From a virus (taxonomy: Duplodnaviria; Caudoviricetes): DNA of 55,946 nt. Location of the stretch: positions 1 through 55,946 of the IMG/VR virus record IMGVR_UViG_3300032076_000005. One strand, 5' to 3'. Each line of letters opens with the position of its first letter. Positions within the stretch are counted from its first letter, which is position 1. Under the pieces are notes generated by a model. The model saw only the letters and a list, made by a program, of their open reading frames with translations, did not search any database and was not told where the DNA came from. Positions 53,684 through 55,946 of the stretch are shown here, piece after piece. A program made the position numbers and the translations under genes.

Positions 53684-54196
53684 TCACCTTGCCGTCTTGG
53701 ATATCGGCGTGACCGTAACGTCGATCGTGCCGGTGACAGGCAACCCCGCCTGAATCACCATGACCTCGACCGCCGCCTCTGCCGGCGCGCCGCCCTCGCT
53801 GACGACGTTGGCTCTGATCGACCCACGTCCGGGCCCGGTCGCTGTGAACTTAGCAGTCGTCGGGTCCGCAGGCGGGTCTCCGGGAGCGGTCGGTTCCGGC
53901 GGGTTGATTGTCACCGGTCCCGTGGACGTCCACTCGACTGACCCGAGCTTGACGTCAGCCTGGGTCTCGTCCGTGAAGCTCACCTTCGCCGTCCCGGTGT
54001 CGCCGACATTCATCGGCGTCGGCGGAGGAGGCGCGTCTTTAGGCGCAGCTGCCTGTTGGTTAACACGAGAGTCGTATTGCTCTGGTGTAAGAGCAACCAC
54101 GAACGGAGGACCAGCCTTGGGCTGGTCACCCTTGTGCTGGTCGGTCTTAGGGTGCTGCTCGTGCTGCTCGTGCTGCGCAGAGTGTTGATTGGTCAC
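53684..54196 (-). CDS. Ig-like domain virion protein
   Basis: AAGGAG RBS; VGDT...V.F.D...VEWTS...A..TATGPG...IRA pattern. Confidence 0.6.
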   Translation of the reverse strand: MTNQHSAQHEQHEQHPKTDQHKGDQPKAGPPFVVALTPEQYDSRVNQQAAAPKDAPPPPTPMNVGDTGTAKVSFTDETQADVKLGSVEWTSTGPVTINPPEPTAPGDPPADPTTAKFTATGPGRGSIRANVVSEGGAPAEAAVEVMVIQAGLPVTGTIDVTVTPISKTAR

Positions 54197-54222
54197 TGGA
54201 AATCTCCTTCATTGAACGAGAA

Positions 54223-55290
54223 TTACGCTGTAGCAGTGACTTCCAGTCTTGCCATGAATGCATCTTGTAAAATAACTGTACCGGTGTATAACTTCCACCC
54301 GCATGTGCCCCTCTGGGCCAGCGGATCGCCCGGCGCAGGCTTGGGGTTGACAACCATCGGCGTCATGCTCGACTTACCCTTGAGGGGAACGAGCCCGAAG
54401 GCATCGCGACCAAAGTATAAAATGGGATACACGTCCCAGTTCACACCGCCAGTCGAGCGGTAGGTCGTGCTGCCGGAGGTAGCTGCACCAGCGTTGATGA
54501 ATGGCGCAATCACCGTCGAACTCAAATAGCGGCACTGCTCGACGGCACCGATCTCGCCTTCGAACGGAGATGTGTGGGGCCCGTAGCTAGCGACCGGGAT
54601 GAAACCAGTCATATTACGGATGTCGCTTTCGAGATCGGGATGACAGAGCGCGAAATACGCCGCTTCGACCGATCGCGTATTAAAGTCGGGGTTCGACGCC
54701 ACGACCTGGGATATCTTGCGAGCATTCTGTCGGTTGAGCCCGGTCGTCACCCGGCGCTGATCGGTAAGCCCGGCGACCCCGGCGACGTTCGCCCGTCCGG
54801 CAACCTGATTCTGATACCAGACGTTGGTGCCGGCCTTGAGCACGTTGAACCGCAGGGTCTCGACAGTAACTGCGGCCTGCTCGCCCAGGATGTCGGTGGA
54901 TTGCTGGAGCACCGGGTCGGTGTGGGTGTCCTCGATCACATCGGTGATCGTGATGTAATCGCCGTATTGATAAAGCTGAACCGTGTAATCCTGGTTGGCC
55001 AGCATCGAACCGGAGGGCGTCACTCCTTCAACCAGGGGCGTCAGCGCCAGCGGGATGTAGAACGGTTGCCCGACACCGTTGGTGCCTCCGGCATCTGGGC
55101 CGGCCGCGCCTGTCGCTCCCTGCAGAAAGTAACGCCGGAACTTGGCGGTCTGCGTCGAGTTCGTCGGCAAGGGATATGTTTGTCCAAACTTTTCAATGTG
55201 CAGATAAGGCATCGCCCGCTTTAACATTCGCACGACGCTGTAGGCCGCTACTGCCGGGCTGATATCGCCGTATGAGGTCACCGCAACCAT
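54223..55290 (-). CDS. Major capsid protein (N4-gp56 family)
   Basis: YGDISP, KFRRY, EGVTP, QYGD...TD, HPDLE.DIR..GFIPV..Y, GEIG, DPLAQRGT.GWK; AGGAG RBS. Confidence 0.92.
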   Translation of the reverse strand: MVAVTSYGDISPAVAAYSVVRMLKRAMPYLHIEKFGQTYPLPTNSTQTAKFRRYFLQGATGAAGPDAGGTNGVGQPFYIPLALTPLVEGVTPSGSMLANQDYTVQLYQYGDYITITDVIEDTHTDPVLQQSTDILGEQAAVTVETLRFNVLKAGTNVWYQNQVAGRANVAGVAGLTDQRRVTTGLNRQNARKISQVVASNPDFNTRSVEAAYFALCHPDLESDIRNMTGFIPVASYGPHTSPFEGEIGAVEQCRYLSSTVIAPFINAGAATSGSTTYRSTGGVNWDVYPILYFGRDAFGLVPLKGKSSMTPMVVNPKPAPGDPLAQRGTCGWKLYTGTVILQDAFMARLEVTATA

Positions 55291-55343
55291 TGTACTCTCC
55301 TAGGTTGTACGGGCGAACTCGCCGTGCAGCTCTCTAGCCATGG

Positions 55344-55946
55344 TCATGACGCCCGAGCGAACTCGGCAAAAGCACTGTCGAAGTCAGTAGGAGGTGCGAC
55401 GACGTTGGTACGCTTGGTAGAGACTGGAGCAAGACGTGCCGCCGCAGCAGCAAGCGCAGGATTGACAGGTGCGGGCGCTGAGCTAGGTGCCGGTGCAGCC
55501 GCAGCAGGTGCCGCCGGTGCCGGCTGACCCCCTTGTGCTGACATGGTGGACTGCATGTCCTGCTTATACCGATTGATCAAGTCGACGACCTCGGCGGCCG
55601 TGCCTGACTTGATAACATGCTCATAAGCTCCACGCAAATATGCTGGTTGTTTTCCGGCCCAAGCAGACAGCTGCCCGGAAACAGTGTCGTAGTCGGATAC
55701 TTGGTCCTGCAGCTCGGACAGCTGCGACCGGTCCGCCAAAGTGTCGATCGTGTGCAGGTAGGGAGCCAAGGAGCCCGCGAGATCGGCATACATCCGCCGC
55801 ACGGTCTGCGTCACCAGACCCCGGATCATCGTCTCAGTAGCGCGGGCGACATCAGGCCAGTCGTTGAAGAACGTCTGCAGCTGAGTCGCTTCCTCGGGGC
55901 TGAAAAGTGGAGGTTCCTGATAAACTTGCGGCGGCGGTGCCGGCTC
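55344..55946 (-). CDS. Putative scaffolding protein (5' truncated)
   Basis: Frame is open to the window end (EPAPPPQVYQ...DWPDVARA...); directly upstream of the capsid gene; C-terminal DFDSAFAEFA. Confidence 0.7.
   Translation of the reverse strand, partial: EPAPPPQVYQEPPLFSPEEATQLQTFFNDWPDVARATETMIRGLVTQTVRRMYADLAGSLAPYLHTIDTLADRSQLSELQDQVSDYDTVSGQLSAWAGKQPAYLRGAYEHVIKSGTAAEVVDLINRYKQDMQSTMSAQGGQPAPAAPAAAAPAPSSAPAPVNPALAAAAARLAPVSTKRTNVVAPPTDFDSAFAEFARAS

Noticed and set aside
1-55946. Genome-wide stop-codon reassignment
   Set aside because: Core genes are full length in the standard code and TAG, TGA and TAA all end genes with tight packing; only the TAG at 7465 is suspicious

Overview
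The whole window is tailed dsDNA phage DNA (GC-rich, probably podovirus-like, with an N4-gp56-type major capsid protein). The host is probably alphaproteobacterial, which is an inference. Both ends are cut inside genes. Layout: (i) <1-3248, minus strand: putative terminase small subunit, a membrane protein and a long collagen-like fibre gene that the ORF track misses; (ii) 3300-5300: divergent promoters, one early gene, tandem terminators, non-coding repeat arrays and an origin-like 100-bp inverted repeat around an AT-rich core; (iii) 5300-14730: early/accessory genes, including an Acb2-like anti-CBASS sponge, a start-less MerR-type HTH, a MoxR-like AAA+ ATPase, a metallopeptidase-vWA protein and a DUF3150-like protein; (iv) 14765-27399: replication genes (family A polymerase, N6-adenine MTase, DEDDh exonuclease, PD-(D/E)XK nuclease, VRR-NUC, SNF2 helicase, SSB-like protein, NMAD1-like protein, primase/DUF927); (v) 27440->55946, minus strand: virion genes. 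The most striking unexplained signal is 12 copies of a 21-bp palindrome GGTGTTACAYNRTGTAACACC that sit at stop codons, near promoters, around the origin-like region and in frame inside core genes. No integrase, CI-like repressor, endolysin, RNA gene or CRISPR array was recognised. All family assignments come from motif recognition by eye, not from database searches.
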